A stretch of DNA of 63,247 bases, filler included, from Octopus bimaculoides (Eukaryota): NCBI RefSeq assembly GCF_001194135.2. It is 5 parts of 5 records of this genome, joined end to end, with 100 filler letters (N's around TTAATTAATTAA, not from the genome) between each part and the next. Parts side by side here need not be neighbours in the genome. Positions count along the whole stretch, not along the records: positions 33,059 to 60,127 come from NC_068983.1; positions 60,228 to 63,247 come from NC_069000.1; 3 more parts are not named here. One strand, given 5' to 3'. Shown here one piece after another: positions 50,151-62,574 of this stretch (position 1 is the stretch's first letter; each line of letters begins with the position of its first letter). The notes under the pieces are model-generated. The model saw only the letters and a program-made list of their open reading frames with translations, was not told where the DNA came from and ran no database searches. A program made the position numbers and the translations under genes.

Positions 50151-50384
50151 CCTATATATTTAATTACATGTATCTTTCAACGGACAGACGTAAGAGGGGA
50201 AAACGTGTCAGTTAATGAACTCTGTTTATTGAATAGAGAGACTCTTCGAAAGCCTGGACTCAGCGGTAAACATCATTTCAATAAAAGAACTCTTGGTAGT
50301 AAATAGGTTGTGAACCACATCAGTCTGGGATAATTTCTAAAGTGTATTTTTCTATATTCTTGGTGTATATGTTGTCGTGTAGAG

Positions 50385-50570
50385 CAGTGCTCCACAACCT
50401 TTTTTCACTTGCGGTACACTTATTATACTTTTCAAAATTTGGCGGAACGCCTGAACTTAAAATATAACTAAAAGTATAGGGAAAAAATTATATTTAGGTT
50501 ACACTTCAGCACACCTAGCATCGTCTCGTGGCACACCAGTGTGCCGCGGCATACCGGTTGCTGAGCACTG
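50385..50570. mobile_element. hAT (Charlie-like) MITE
   Basis: TIR CAGTGCTCCACAACC / GGTTGCTGAGCACTG (13/15); TSD GTGTAGAG / GTGTAGAC. Confidence 0.8.
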
Positions 50571-51274
50571 GTGTAGACTACAGTACCGGACCAGTTATCC
50601 GGCAACTTGGAACCGGAAGTAGTCCAGATTTCTGGGTTTTCCGGTTTTCCGGTTTTCTGGAGATAGTCTAAATATATAATTAAAATCTAAAATAAACTAT
50701 GAAAAGTAAAGAACTTGTATGGAGATTGGGAATCGAAGCTAACATATTTCAGTTGTCAGCTTGCAGCACACATTGATCGCGTTCTGATCATTGCGATGTG
50801 TCCTGCCTGTTAACAAAGTCAGTTATGCAGCGATATCAGGCCATATCAGGAACACCATCTCAAATGTCTTTGAGGTTCGTGAACCTTTCTTAATATTTAG
50901 GTAGAAGCGCATCAAGAATGACTGGCCGCGGTTTGAGGGAGCTACCGATAACACACATCTCACCTCTTGCCAAGCAAGCCAGGGCGCGAGAGGTTTGGGA
51001 TCCACTAGAGAATGCACATCTCACCTCTCGCTCAGCAACGTCAAGTTTCCATTTGCTGAATCCAGCTAGAAATTAAAGAATTTTTCTTCATATTTGCAAA
51101 CCAACTCTTCCCGATATTCCGAGCCTAATTACACATTACGAAGCTCGATTGTAATCTCGCTACATTACCATCAGAAACCAAGCGAAGTTTATATTCAATC
51201 GATCCTCTGTTTAATAGACATTATGATTTAAAAAAAAAAAAACGATTATGGTTGTGTAGTGGCGCGAAATTATA

Positions 51275-51377
51275 GCCGCCATTGATGAAGTACTATTCTG
51301 CGCATGCGCAGAGGACTTCACCACCGGAAGCCCCTCGAGTGCGCATGCGTAGTAAAACTAGTACTTAAAGAGTGAGT
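51275..51377. promoter_or_regulatory. Housekeeping-promoter-like motif cluster
   Basis: YY1-type AATGGCGGC (-, 51275-51283), NRF1-type TGCGCATGCGCA (51299-51310) and TGCGCATGCGT (51340-51350), ETS ACCGGAAG (51323-51330), donor-like GTGAGT (51372). Confidence 0.5.
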
Positions 51378-52061
51378 TTCACTTTCTTAGGCAGTTGCAC
51401 GACAGACCTTCTACGTGACAACTCCTCGCTCCTCAACGAAGCACTCTTCACCTCGATGACTTCGATGGTGATAGCTACTTGCTTCTCTGGCAGGCATCAA
51501 GGAAGCCCTTAACCTTCCAATACCAAACTACAACTTAATCAGCGCAGGAATTGTGAAACCAAGCATCAAGAAAAAAATCAAACTTATTTTTATTATGTTG
51601 TAGAATTGTTCTAATGTCTCTTCATTTATAATGCTGTTGAAAGGTGATAGAGAGAGACTAATGTCTCTATGACAACTACTATCAAACTTTTACAGTTGCA
51701 TCGGTTCATTTTGATATTATAACACACAGCCGAAACAGTAACTAATAACAACATATCAGTGACACCGCCACCCCCAGCCGAAAATGGCAAAACAACAAAC
51801 AAACAAAAAATGAAATGAAATTAAAAGAATCTCAAACTAAATTGTATTAAACAGATTCTAATTAAATACATTTACAAAGCAGAGTTTGTTCGGTATCAAT
51901 CCACTTAAAATACTTCGAATATACCATACCGTACCTTGTACATAGTATATGCAGAATAATGTTTATAGGATGAAAATTAAACGAAGAAAAGCAAAGAGCG
52001 ATTTTATTTACCTGATACAAATTAACACGCTTCTAAAACAGAATGTTTAATTTCTCTCAAT

Positions 52062-52122
<61 letters not shown>

Positions 52123-52132
52123 NNNNNNNNNN

Positions 52133-52285
52133 TACGTTCTGAGTTCAAATTCCGCCGAGGTCGACTTTGCCTTTCATCCTTACGGGGTCGATAAATTAAG
52201 TACCAGTTACACACTGAGGTCGATGTAATCGACTTAATCCCTTTGTCTGTCCTTGTTTGTCTCCTCTATTGGGCAATAAAGAAAT
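52133..52285 (+). mobile_element. SINE family A with tail type 2
   Basis: Body followed by TTAATCCCTTTGTCTGTCCTTGTTTGTC...GGCAATAAAGAAATA. Confidence 0.85.
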
Positions 52286-52518
52286 ATATATTGCATGTTA
52301 ATGCAGAGCATTTCCGGATTTCTGGAAGCCAGGTAAACGGTCCGGCACTGTATAAATATTATACTGACTTAGTTGGAGGAAGTAAGAATCCAATCCAGAT
52401 ATGACATTGATTGATTACAGTGTATAGATAACTGAAGAACCTCGATTTTTATGTCTTCTTTGGCACTGGAACATTATGCACTTTACACACGCGCACGCAC
52501 ACGCAAACGCACGCACGA

Positions 52519-52550
<32 letters not shown>

Positions 52551-53529
52551 ACATAAGCGTATATGCATATCTACATATCTATCTATCCCTTTTCTTTATA
52601 TATCTCTATCCCTTCTCCCTCTCTCTCCACACACACACACACATACACTCACATACATATGCATATACATACGCTCATACATACATACATACATACATAC
52701 ATAGTTTTGATAGTTTGGTAAGTGCCATACACGAAACTATTGGTCCTTGAGTCATATAACTTTTCAGCCGAACAATGTGTAAATATTTATGTATATGTGT
52801 GTGTGTGCTTATGTATGTATGTATGTATGTATGTATGTATGTATGTATGTATGTATACGCGCGCGATCGTGTATAAGCTGCCAATTGAGAAGGCGAAAAA
52901 GATATATGGAAGGGAGAGAGGTTAGTAAGAAACGTGATGAGGAGAAAATTTTGAGACAATGCGTATTTATAACAAATATTGATCAGAGAGGTATGTGTAT
53001 GTATGAGAAGGGGTGAAGAGGAGAAAGGAAGAGGGCAAGAAGAACAGAGAGAGAGAGAGAGAGAGTCTCTGTGTGCGAGTAAGTGAGTGAGTGAGTACGA
53101 GCAGCAGCTGGAGGAGAAAGAAAGAGAGCGAGGGGAACAGAGAGAGAGAGAGGAACACAGAGCAGGAGAAAAAAGAAAGAGAGCGAGGTAGAAAGTGAAA
53201 GTAAAAGTGAGGGACAGAAAGAGCGGAGTAGAAAGGAAAAGAAAATGAGCCAGGGAACCAGAAAGAGAAAGAGAGAGGGAGAGACAGAGCGGCGGCAGCA
53301 GCAGGAGAAAGAGAGCGAGGAAGATAGGGAGAGGAAGGCAGCGGAAAGAAAAAGAAGAAAAGATAGAATTTAGGCTGCTGATAGGAAAGACCGAGAGAGA
53401 AAGCAAGTGATATGACATATTCAAAATGTAATATTTTCAGCTTCCGCTATTCAATAGTGTTCATTATAATACCTATATCTCTCTTTATATAATTGCATAC
53501 ATACAAATACACACATCGGACACAAACAC

Positions 53530-54660
53530 GTAGGCACACACATAGAAACACGCACATACAAATGATACATCTACACAGATACACACAATCGACGCGTTCA
53601 CAGGGATATGCATACACACACACACAATCGACGCGTGCACACAGATACGAATACACATACACACACACAATCGACGCGTGNNNNNNNNNNTACGAATACA
53701 CATACACACACACAATCGACGCGTGCACACAGATACGAATACACATACACACACACAATCAACGCGTGCACACAGATACGAATACACATACACACACACA
53801 CAATCGACGCGTGCACACAGATACGAATACACATACACACACACAATCGACGCGTGCACACAGATACGAATACACATACACACACACAATTNNNNNNNNN
53901 NNNNNNNNNNNNNNNNNNNNNNNNNNNNNNNNNNNNNNNNNNNNNNNNNNNNNNNNNNNNNNNNNNNNNNNNNNNNNNNNNNNNNNNNNNNNNNNNNNNN
54001 NNNNNNNNNNNNNNNNNNNNNNNNNNNNNNNNNNNNNNNNNNNNNNNNNNNNNNNNNNNNNNNNNNNNNNNNNNNNNNNNNNNNNNNNNNNNNNNNNNNN
54101 NNNNNNNNNNNNNNNNNNNNNNNNNNNNNNNNNNNNNNNNNNNNNNNNNNNNNNNNNNNNNNNNNNNNNNNNNNNNNNNNNNNNNNNNNNNNNNNNNNNN
54201 NNNNNNNNNNNNNNNNNNNNNNNNNNNNNNNNNNNNNNNNNNNNNNNNNNNNNNNNNNNNNNNNNNNNNNNNNNNNNNNNNNNNNNNNNNNNNNNNNNNN
54301 NNNNNNNNNNNNNNNNNNNNNNNNNNNNNNNNNNNNNNNNNNNNNNNNNNNNNNNNNNNNNNNNNNNNNNNNNNNNNNNNNNNNNNNNNNNNNNNNNNNN
54401 NNNNNNNNNACACACACAATCGACGCGTGCACACAGATACGAATACACATACACACACACAATCGACGCGTGCACACAGATACGAATACACATACACACA
54501 CACAATCGACGCGTGCATACACATACGAATACACATACACACACACAATCGACGCGTGCACACAGATACGAATACACATACACACACACAATCGACGCGT
54601 GCACACAGATACGAATACACATACACACACACAATTGACGCATGCACACAGATACGCATA
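53530..54660. repeat. 43-bp minisatellite (AATCGACGCGTGCACACAGATACGAATACACATACACACACAC) spanning gaps
   Basis: CGACG recurs at 54421, 54464 and 54507. Confidence 0.9.
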
Positions 54661-54723
54661 CACACGCGCACACACAAATACACACAATGAACACAAGTAT
54701 ACACGCGCACAGACAGATAGACA

Positions 54724-54768
<45 letters not shown>

Positions 54769-55813
54769 TCATTCATACAGAACGAGAGATAGAGAGACAT
54801 ACATGCACATATACATCCCTCACCACCATTACCATAAACACGCACATACCCATACTGACACACAATGGACTCGCGCACAGACACGCACACACATACACAT
54901 ACACTCGGTTATACAAACACACGCACACAGACATACGCACTCAAGCGCATGCACATATACATCCCTCACCCCCGTTACATTGCTTAGTTCACGTCGAATA
55001 CAGTACAATCAGTTTGTAAGCAGTGAGTCGGTTAAATACAGCAACATCAAAATGTCTTCGTGTCTCCTAGACTTCATAATGAATGGCTACACGTCAGATT
55101 GTATTGCAGTATTACATCGAAATATCGTCACTGTCTTCCAGACTTTTCAACTGCTACATGTTACAACCACAATATTACAGCACAATATCATCATTATGTC
55201 TCTTAGACTTTACATTGCTTTCCTTTATATTTCATCTCATCTCATCTCATCTCATCTTCCTTCTTATTGCTTATTGAGAACCGCTCTGTGTCTTTATGAA
55301 GTGCTTATTCTATTTTTATTGTAGTTTAACTCCATATCAATTCTGACACAATTAGACCCGTCGTCTTATTTTTTTACACCTCTTNNNNNNNNNNNNNNNN
55401 NNNNNNNNNNNNNNNNNNNNNNNNNNNNNNNNNNNNNNNNNNNNNNNNNNNNNNNNNNNNNNNNNNNNNNNNNNNNNNNNNNNNNNNNNNNNNNNNNNNN
55501 NNNNNNNNNNNNNNNNNNNNNNNNNNNNNNNNNNNNNNNNNNNNNNNNNNNNNNNNNNNNNNNNNNNNNNNNNNNNNNNNNNNNNNNNNNNNNNNNNNNN
55601 NNNNNNNNNNNNNNNNNNNNNNNNNNNNNNNNNNNNNNNNNNNNNNNNNNNNNNNNNNNNNNNNNNNNNNNNNNNNNNNNNNNNNNNNNNNNNNNNNNNN
55701 NNNNNNNNNNNNNNNNNNNNNNNNNNNNNNNNNNNNNNNNNNNNNNNNNNNNNNNNNNNNNNNNNNNNNNNNNNNNNNNNNNNNNNNNNNNNNNNNNNNN
55801 NNNNNNNNNNNNN

Positions 55814-56885
55814 GACACTTGCCCAAGGTACTACGCAGTGGGACTGAACCCGGAACCATGTGGTTGGTAAGCAAGCTACTTTATTTCATTAACGATTTGC
55901 CATGAAGGCATTACAAAGAGGGGACGAACAAGGACAGACAAACATAAAGGGTGTAGTAGCTGCTATTTAGCGATTAAATACAAAAATATAATACAAAAAT
56001 ATAATTAATATATTACTAGTTTTCTTATTCGGCGTTGCTTATTATGATTTGTAATGGCTGCTCTGAAGGACAGGTATCCGACCACTAGGGTAGACCCCTT
56101 GCTTGTTCCTCCCTTTTCTGACTTTCACTTACCTGGAGTCAGATACTCCCAGCTTTCTCGCCACAGGCTTCCATCTTCTCATGAATCTCTCTCGTAACAG
56201 GCACCTCTTCTCTAGCCTGATCTTACTCCTGAGGTGGTAACTAAAAAAGTTAACCAACCCCTGGCCAAATACAAAGGTACCAGTCACTATTCCTCTCACA
56301 CGCGTCTTCCATACCGTTTCTTTCAGTCTGGCTACTACGCAGAAAAAGCAAGCCTTCCTTTCCCTGTTAAGGGAAGAAGGCGGCACAATCTCGATGAGAG
56401 ATTCAGCTGATAGCTGTACTCTTCCCATTGATGACAACAATTGTTCTATGAAAGTTATCAGTCCCGTTAATTCCGAACATTCCACAAATGCATGCAAGAC
56501 GGTTTGCTTGTCTTGCCCGCACCTCGGACACGTCGGCGAGATGGCACTTCCGTGCCTTGACAGTTTATCACGAACAGGTAACGCCGCACGAAAACACTGC
56601 CAAGCCAGGGATTTCTGGTAATTGTCCAGGTACCCGGGCCCGAAAGTTCTCCGGAACAGGTTGATCAACTGATTTTCATCGTAGCCCAGGGTCTCCCCCA
56701 AAGCGTCTTCGGACTTAAACTCTACTAACCCGATCTAAAAATCCGCAGTGGAACTCTTATTGCCGGCATTGCCCGCCCGAAAGAGTAGCACTCCAATTGC
56801 CAGTCCCCCCAGCCTAGGTCTTTGCTTGATCCAATTACCAATTACCAATTACCAAGCTACTTACCACACAGCCACTCCTGTATAT
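55814..56885 (-). mobile_element. SINE family B head split by a LINE insertion
   Basis: ...GTGGTTGGTAAGCAAGCTACTT | insert | CAAGCTACTTACCACACAGCCACTCCTG. Confidence 0.85.
55882..56852 (-). mobile_element. 5'-truncated Tx1/L1-type LINE (zf-RVT region, ORF 56129-56701) with 10-bp TSD
   Basis: LAWQCFRAALPVRDKL....CPRCGQDKQTVLHAFVEC zinc finger; TSD CAAGCTACTT at 55872-55881 and 56853-56862. Confidence 0.88.
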
Positions 56886-57923
56886 AACGAAATTTCGTTA
56901 AGGATTTAACATTTAAGTTAACTTTGAAAATCATTATCGGACTAATTAACTTCTGTTACAGTTAACTTCCGTTAACTCAAGTCCGCGTTAACCCCAAAAT
57001 TTCATAACCGGTAAACGTTTAAAAGTTTCTATTGTTTTCCGATTTTCTTAGCATATTTAATATTGTATGCGTCATTCTTTCAACCCCGATATAACGCCGC
57101 TTACTATTATAACTTGTAGGACCTCGTTTGGACCTGCCAGGATTTGAAACCAAATCCACCCACTCATTGCTTGCAAAGACAGCGGAAAATTTCTTTGTCC
57201 TGTCAAGGAGGAACAGTGATTGATGTCCCCATCACCTCTCCCACCTTTCTTTTCCGGAAAAAAGTGGCTTGCGGTGGGTTTGTAGGTCAGATACGTTGAA
57301 TGCACCCGAAAAAACTGTGGAAAAAAATTATTCCACACTGAGGTACGAAATATTTACCAAAAAAAAAAATCTTCTACCGATTATACCTGTATTTTAATTA
57401 ATTCAAATTAATGTACCTCATTATTTGTATAAAGGTATTTGTATAAAATTTCATTAAAAAATACCTATTTTCCAGAAAGTTATGAGGAGGAAAATGTCGG
57501 GTCCTGTGAATTTTCCGAAACTCCTCTCTCCAACTCATCGGAAATCTTTTTCAACAAATCTTTACATACACTCAATGTACGGGATATAAGCGATTATTTG
57601 GTGAAAGTTTCGTTAAAAAGTATCCATTTTTCTGGAAGTTATGCGGCAACAAAGTTGGTAGGGTATTAAACTGTAGTCATGCCTTTTTTCAATAAAAGTT
57701 AACATTAACGGATTGACGTTAACTTACGTTTCATTTTCAAAGAATTAACGGATTAAAGATTAATGAAGCTAACTTTTTGGTTAACGGATTAATGATTAAC
57801 GAAGTTAACTTTTCGATTAACNNNNNNNNNNNNNNNNNNNNNNNNNNNNNNNNNNNNNNNNNNNNNNNNNNNNNNNNNNNNNNNNNNNNNNNNNNNNNNN
57901 NNNNNNNNNNNNNNNNNNNNNNN

Positions 57924-57965
<42 letters not shown>

Positions 57966-58083
57966 GTAATTAAGTTTCGGTTGAATTAGGTACTTAAGTT
58001 GAAGCACCAAGTCAGTCCGATATTATTCTCAGCTTGAAGTAAGGTAAATAAAATCAAAATATGCAATAGGATTTCAAGTAGTA

Positions 58084-58171
58084 ATGCAGTACGACCGTTT
58101 CGAGCAACTCCATTTAATTGAACAATGCAATCGTTACATCAATTTAAATACAGCGCTATCTTCAGCTGCAC
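58084..58171 (-). ncRNA. Candidate minimal type I hammerhead ribozyme
   Basis: GUGCAG-CUGAAGA-U-AGCG..loop..UGCU-C-GAAAC-GGUC-GUA/CUGCAU: stem I GUGCAG:CUGCAU, short near-palindromic stem III, predicted cut between 58090 and 58089. Confidence 0.6.
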
Positions 58172-58874
58172 AAGAAATATGGAACTTCAATAGGTAAGAT
58201 ACATTAATATAGTTTTTCTTAAATATTTTAACAGAGCAAGAAGATGGAAGAAGTTCATGCTGTCGCTATTTTAGCAAGAATGGCTAAAAAACAGAATGCA
58301 ATTTCTTAGAATAGCATGGAGCATAGTGGGGTCATAGGGTAGTAATTCATTTTCAATTTATTTATCACTTTATCATCTACTAAAATCTGAGACTAGAAAA
58401 CTGTGTATGGAGTCGCTTGAAACGGTCGTACAGCATTACTACGTGAAAGTAACAAGGATGTCAAGGTATTAGTGCATTACTTCTTCTGAGATTTGTTTCT
58501 TTATGTGGTCACAGGGAATTTATAGCCATAGTAAATTAAGGTTTGAGAGAGTATCTGACAGCAATTAAAATATTATCAGCAGCTAGAATTTAACTATCAA
58601 TTCCCAGTGGTTTTAATTCTTAGTGGACGTAGTATACTAGCTGCATTAGATCTTTTGGTGGTGATAATGAGATGGATAAAAATTGTAGCTCTATTACCAT
58701 CTCATGACCCTATTGTTATTCTATTCTGCCACTCCAAATTATAGTTGAGGTATTTTCTCTCTAAGTTCATTCTGCTACTATAACAACCGCATATAATTCT
58801 TTCAATCTCTAGTTCTGATAAAATACTTGTTAAAAATTATAATGAAGTATCCTGTATGTTGAAAATCTTCATTA

Positions 58875-58961
58875 TGCATCCGACGATGGCGGTGCATTTC
58901 ATATTGATGTAATGCTTGCATTGTTCGATCAAAAGGAGCCGCCTGAAACGGCCGCAATGCA
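58875..58961 (+). ncRNA. Degenerate copy of the same hammerhead fold (core mutated)
   Basis: UGCAU-CCGACGA-U-GGCGG..CCGCC-U-GAAAC-GGCC-GCA-AUGCA. Confidence 0.45.
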
Positions 58962-59033
58962 CTAATACCTTGACATCCTTGTTACTTATTTGCTTTATCT
59001 ATGTATCTATGTATCTATGTATCTATCTATCTA

Positions 59034-59164
<131 letters not shown>

Positions 59165-59506
59165 TTACAGAAGACATAAGACGAAATCAGGTGAAGGAAC
59201 AACAAACAGGTGTATATATTCTTTTATTTGTTTCAGTAATTTGACTGTGGCAATGCTGGAGCACCGCCTTTAGTCGAACGAATCGATCCCAGGACTTATT
59301 CTTTGTTTACAACCGAGATCAGTGAAAAAGTTTTCCTTGAAAATTTTAAATATCATTGCAATACAATAGTATCACTTTCCAGCCAAATAAAGCGCCGTAA
59401 AGGTAGAATTATAAATATGAAACAGTGACACAACAAGGCACCAATGTTTGCTGCAAATAACGGTCGATAACGGTACGACATTATGTAAAGTGTCGTATCG
59501 TTATCG

Positions 59507-59675
59507 TTTTTTGCTGAAGAATGGACAAAAATTCCTTTGGAAGCAATTCAAATTCTGTACGAATCCATAACTCCTAGAATTCAAGCTGTAATTACTACCA
59601 AAGGCGGTCCTACGCCATATTAAAATAAAGTTGTTTGAAATTTTAAGGTGTTTCCATTATTTTGTCCAACCCCTG
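59507..59675 (+). mobile_element. 3' end of a second DD36E Tc1-family copy
   Basis: Reverse complement of 33184-33350, including the TIR, followed by TA; it has Glu where the first copy has the stop. Confidence 0.88.
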
Positions 59676-60045
59676 TATGTATACTATGGCAACAGTCCGG
59701 ATACTTATTGATCAGACCTCGTACATGCATACATATATACATGACCTTAAGATTTTAAGAATGACGAACATAAATGTCCGGAGAAGAAAAAATATCCCCA
59801 AAAACACGTAAGTGGTTACATGGTCGAAGTGACCGAAAGTCACACGCACACACACATATATACATACACACATATATATATGCACACACACGTACATACA
59901 TATATACATATGTACGTACATATATAGATATATATACAAACATTGGAAATCCTCTTATCCCCTTGTGGGGCATAGGGCCGGTTTCCCGGTTTCCATGGCC
60001 TATGTGTTTCTCGCTAGCTGGACGGGACGCTAGTTCATCGCAGAT

Positions 60046-60085
<40 letters not shown>

Positions 60086-60093
60086 ACACACAC

Positions 60094-60126
<33 letters not shown>

Positions 60127-60127
60127 C

Positions 60128-60227
60128 NNNNNNNNNNNNNNNNNNNNNNNNNNNNNNNNNNNNNNNNNNNNTTAATTAATTAANNNNNNNNNNNNNNNNN
60201 NNNNNNNNNNNNNNNNNNNNNNNNNNN
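60128..60227. other. Artificial scaffold-join spacer
   Basis: 44 N + TTAATTAATTAA + 44 N. Confidence 0.92.
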
Positions 60228-60289
60228 ATATATAAGCAATAATAAAAGCTCTGAACGAGGTATAAACAGTAGCTGCACGACAACGTGAA

Positions 60290-60472
60290 GTATATTTGTC
60301 ACTTAAATGTGGCTAACCGCTAAGGGTGGATGATACTGTGACTTCCCTTTGCAAATACTGATAGGGCACAGAAAGTGTGTCAGTAACCAGCTGGAGGAGA
60401 TGTCCTGCTGGGGCTGCAAGCTACAGTAGCATCCACCCTTAGCGGTTAGCTACATTTAAGTGGCAAATATAC
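60290..60472. mobile_element. Foldback MITE with 51-bp arms
   Basis: 60290-60340 vs reverse complement of 60422-60472: 47/51 identical. Confidence 0.8.
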
Positions 60473-60824
60473 TACTTTGAAATAATTATTTCGTGGTCAA
60501 GATACGTACCAGTTGAACAGTAGAGTCGATGTAATCGACTCACCTCTTCCCCCAAAATTGCTGGCCTTGCACCAAAATTTGAAACCGTCATTATTATTTA
60601 AAACATTTTGATTCGTCCTCATGCAACTTAGATTTGTAGGCTCGTTACAAGGACCACCTAGCTCCTCGGACTATGTGTGTATATATGTATGTATATAATG
60701 TTAGATGAAAACAATTTTTCCTCTCTCAACAGAAGTGATCGCACAGTATCTCGAGCGTACATATATACGCACAAGCTCGTTCGTGTGCATGATTACATTT
60801 ATTTAAGATCAGAAACAAGCCTTA

Positions 60825-60958
60825 TGCAGCAGAGAACTACGTTAAGGTACATGTGTCTGTGGAGTGCTCAGCCACTTGCACGTTAATATCACGAGCAGGC
60901 TGTTCGTTGCTGGGATCAACTGTAACCCTCATCGTCGCAACTGACGGAGTGCCAGCAT
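60825..60958 (+). mobile_element. SINE family C, 3' end
   Basis: GAGAACTACGTTAAGG...GACGGAGTGCC; the reverse complement of the same terminus is at about 10825-10864. Confidence 0.75.
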
Positions 60959-62279
60959 ACGTGTATTGAGTTCTTTTTGCAACTGGTTATTACTATTACT
61001 TTAGTTAAGGAGAATCATGGACAAATAGGTGGATTGGTGCGCATGCGCCCGTGTTTGTGTAAGATAGATAGATAGATAGATAGATTTTGTATGTGTTCAC
61101 TAACACCAGCATATTCATTGAACGTGTGTCAGATTAAGAAAGCCACGGTGCCAGCTAATTGAATAAATGGCATGATATACTGACTTGTCATCATGAAAAC
61201 GACACGCTGTAGATCAAAAAGTGAACTAGGAAGAAGCGGCAAGTGTATGTACAGACGAGATTACCTTCAACACCGTCATCGCCACCATTGAGGAGGAGGA
61301 GGAGAAGAAGACAGATGATGTTGCAGAGGTTAACCAAACTTGTTCCTCTTGGTTTAACTTACTACGATTTATTGTAAGGTCACCGGACCTTTGAGGGGTG
61401 AAAGGGGTAGTTTATTCTTTTTTTCTTAATCTTTTTTTTTTAAAACGAATTGTTACCCCATGACTTACGATATGGAAGATCCTAGTTTTTTTTTTTTCTC
61501 TTTAAATTTCTCTTATTCGCTCCTATGGACCGCTGCTTCATTTTAAAAGTTAGGTTTATGTTTTGTTTTTCTTTTTCTTGCTTTTTCTTTGGTTACTTAC
61601 CAAGCATCTTAATCAAAGAGGTCCCAACCGTGACTATCCAGTTTTTGAGCATATTTCAGGCTGCATTGTCTTGCTTACGTGGCTAATGCTNNNNNNNNNN
61701 NNNNNNNNNNNNNNNNNNNNNNNNNNNNNNNNTTAAAAAAAATTTTATTTTGGCTAACCCCGCAGATCGGAGCTTATGGAACAGAAATCTTAGGCAAAGG
61801 TGTTTCAACTATAACCATTCTGTTTTTGAACATATCTACGACTGCATTGGCCAATGTATCCATTACTTTTCTTTTTTCTTCTTCTTCTTCAAAGACTGTA
61901 GGATACGATTTAAGAGGGATTTGGCTGCTGTTTCCACAGCGTATAAACGCTTCCCTACTTCTCCCAGCTGGTTGTGTAAAATGATATTAATCATTATAAT
62001 CACCAGTATGTGACAAACGAACAACAGACCCACCGACGGAGAAATCTTTAATTACAAAGTTTACGAAGAGAAACATTAGTCTCGCTCTGTTTAAAAACCG
62101 AATACAGTTATTCCCCAGTTACACGGTAGCTAGGTAACAGCTAGTCGCCGTGTAAATCGAAATCGTATAAAAAGCGGGATAAGGGACAACTGTATATTAT
62201 ACAAATGCATGCCATAGATCTATTTGAGTCACACGCTATAGCCCTTTTCGTTTTTCTTTCTTTATTTCATGCAAATAGG

Positions 62280-62430
62280 CGCAGATGTGGCTGTGTGGTA
62301 AGAAGCTTGTTTCTCAACCACATGCTTCCAGGTTCAGTCCCAATGGGTGGCACATTGTGCAATAGTCTCGGGCCGATCAAAGCCTGTGTGAGTGGATTTG
62401 GTAAGCTGAAAGAAGCTTCTGTGTGTCTGT
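62280..62430 (+). mobile_element. SINE family B head
   Basis: GGCGCAGATGTGGCTGTGTGGTAAGAAGC...GGTTCAGTCCCA. Confidence 0.8.
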
Positions 62431-62574
62431 ATATCAATAGTTCCTCCTTTTTTTTTTCCGGAATCGTCAAACCATGTCTTCATTATCCAGTATGTCACTT
62501 CTCAAATAAATGGCGCTCTGTAGTTTGAAGGGGATTTGACTGCTATCTTTAGCAGGCTTAGATTCCATATACAG

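Larger units (their letters stand above)
50581..52350. mobile_element. Pair of pogo/Tigger-type TIRs with TA flanks enclosing 1.77 kb
   Basis: CAGTACCGGACCAGTTATCCGGC vs the reverse complement of 52328-52350, CAGTGCCGGACCGTTTACCTGGC (18/23); TA at 50579 and 52351. Confidence 0.6.

Noticed and set aside
56890-57821. TTAAC-rich subterminal arrays suggesting a DNA transposon
   Set aside because: Ends and TSD could not be defined because the right side runs into a gap.
61037-61050. Isolated NRF1-like GCGCATGCGC
   Set aside because: Single motif without supporting promoter context.
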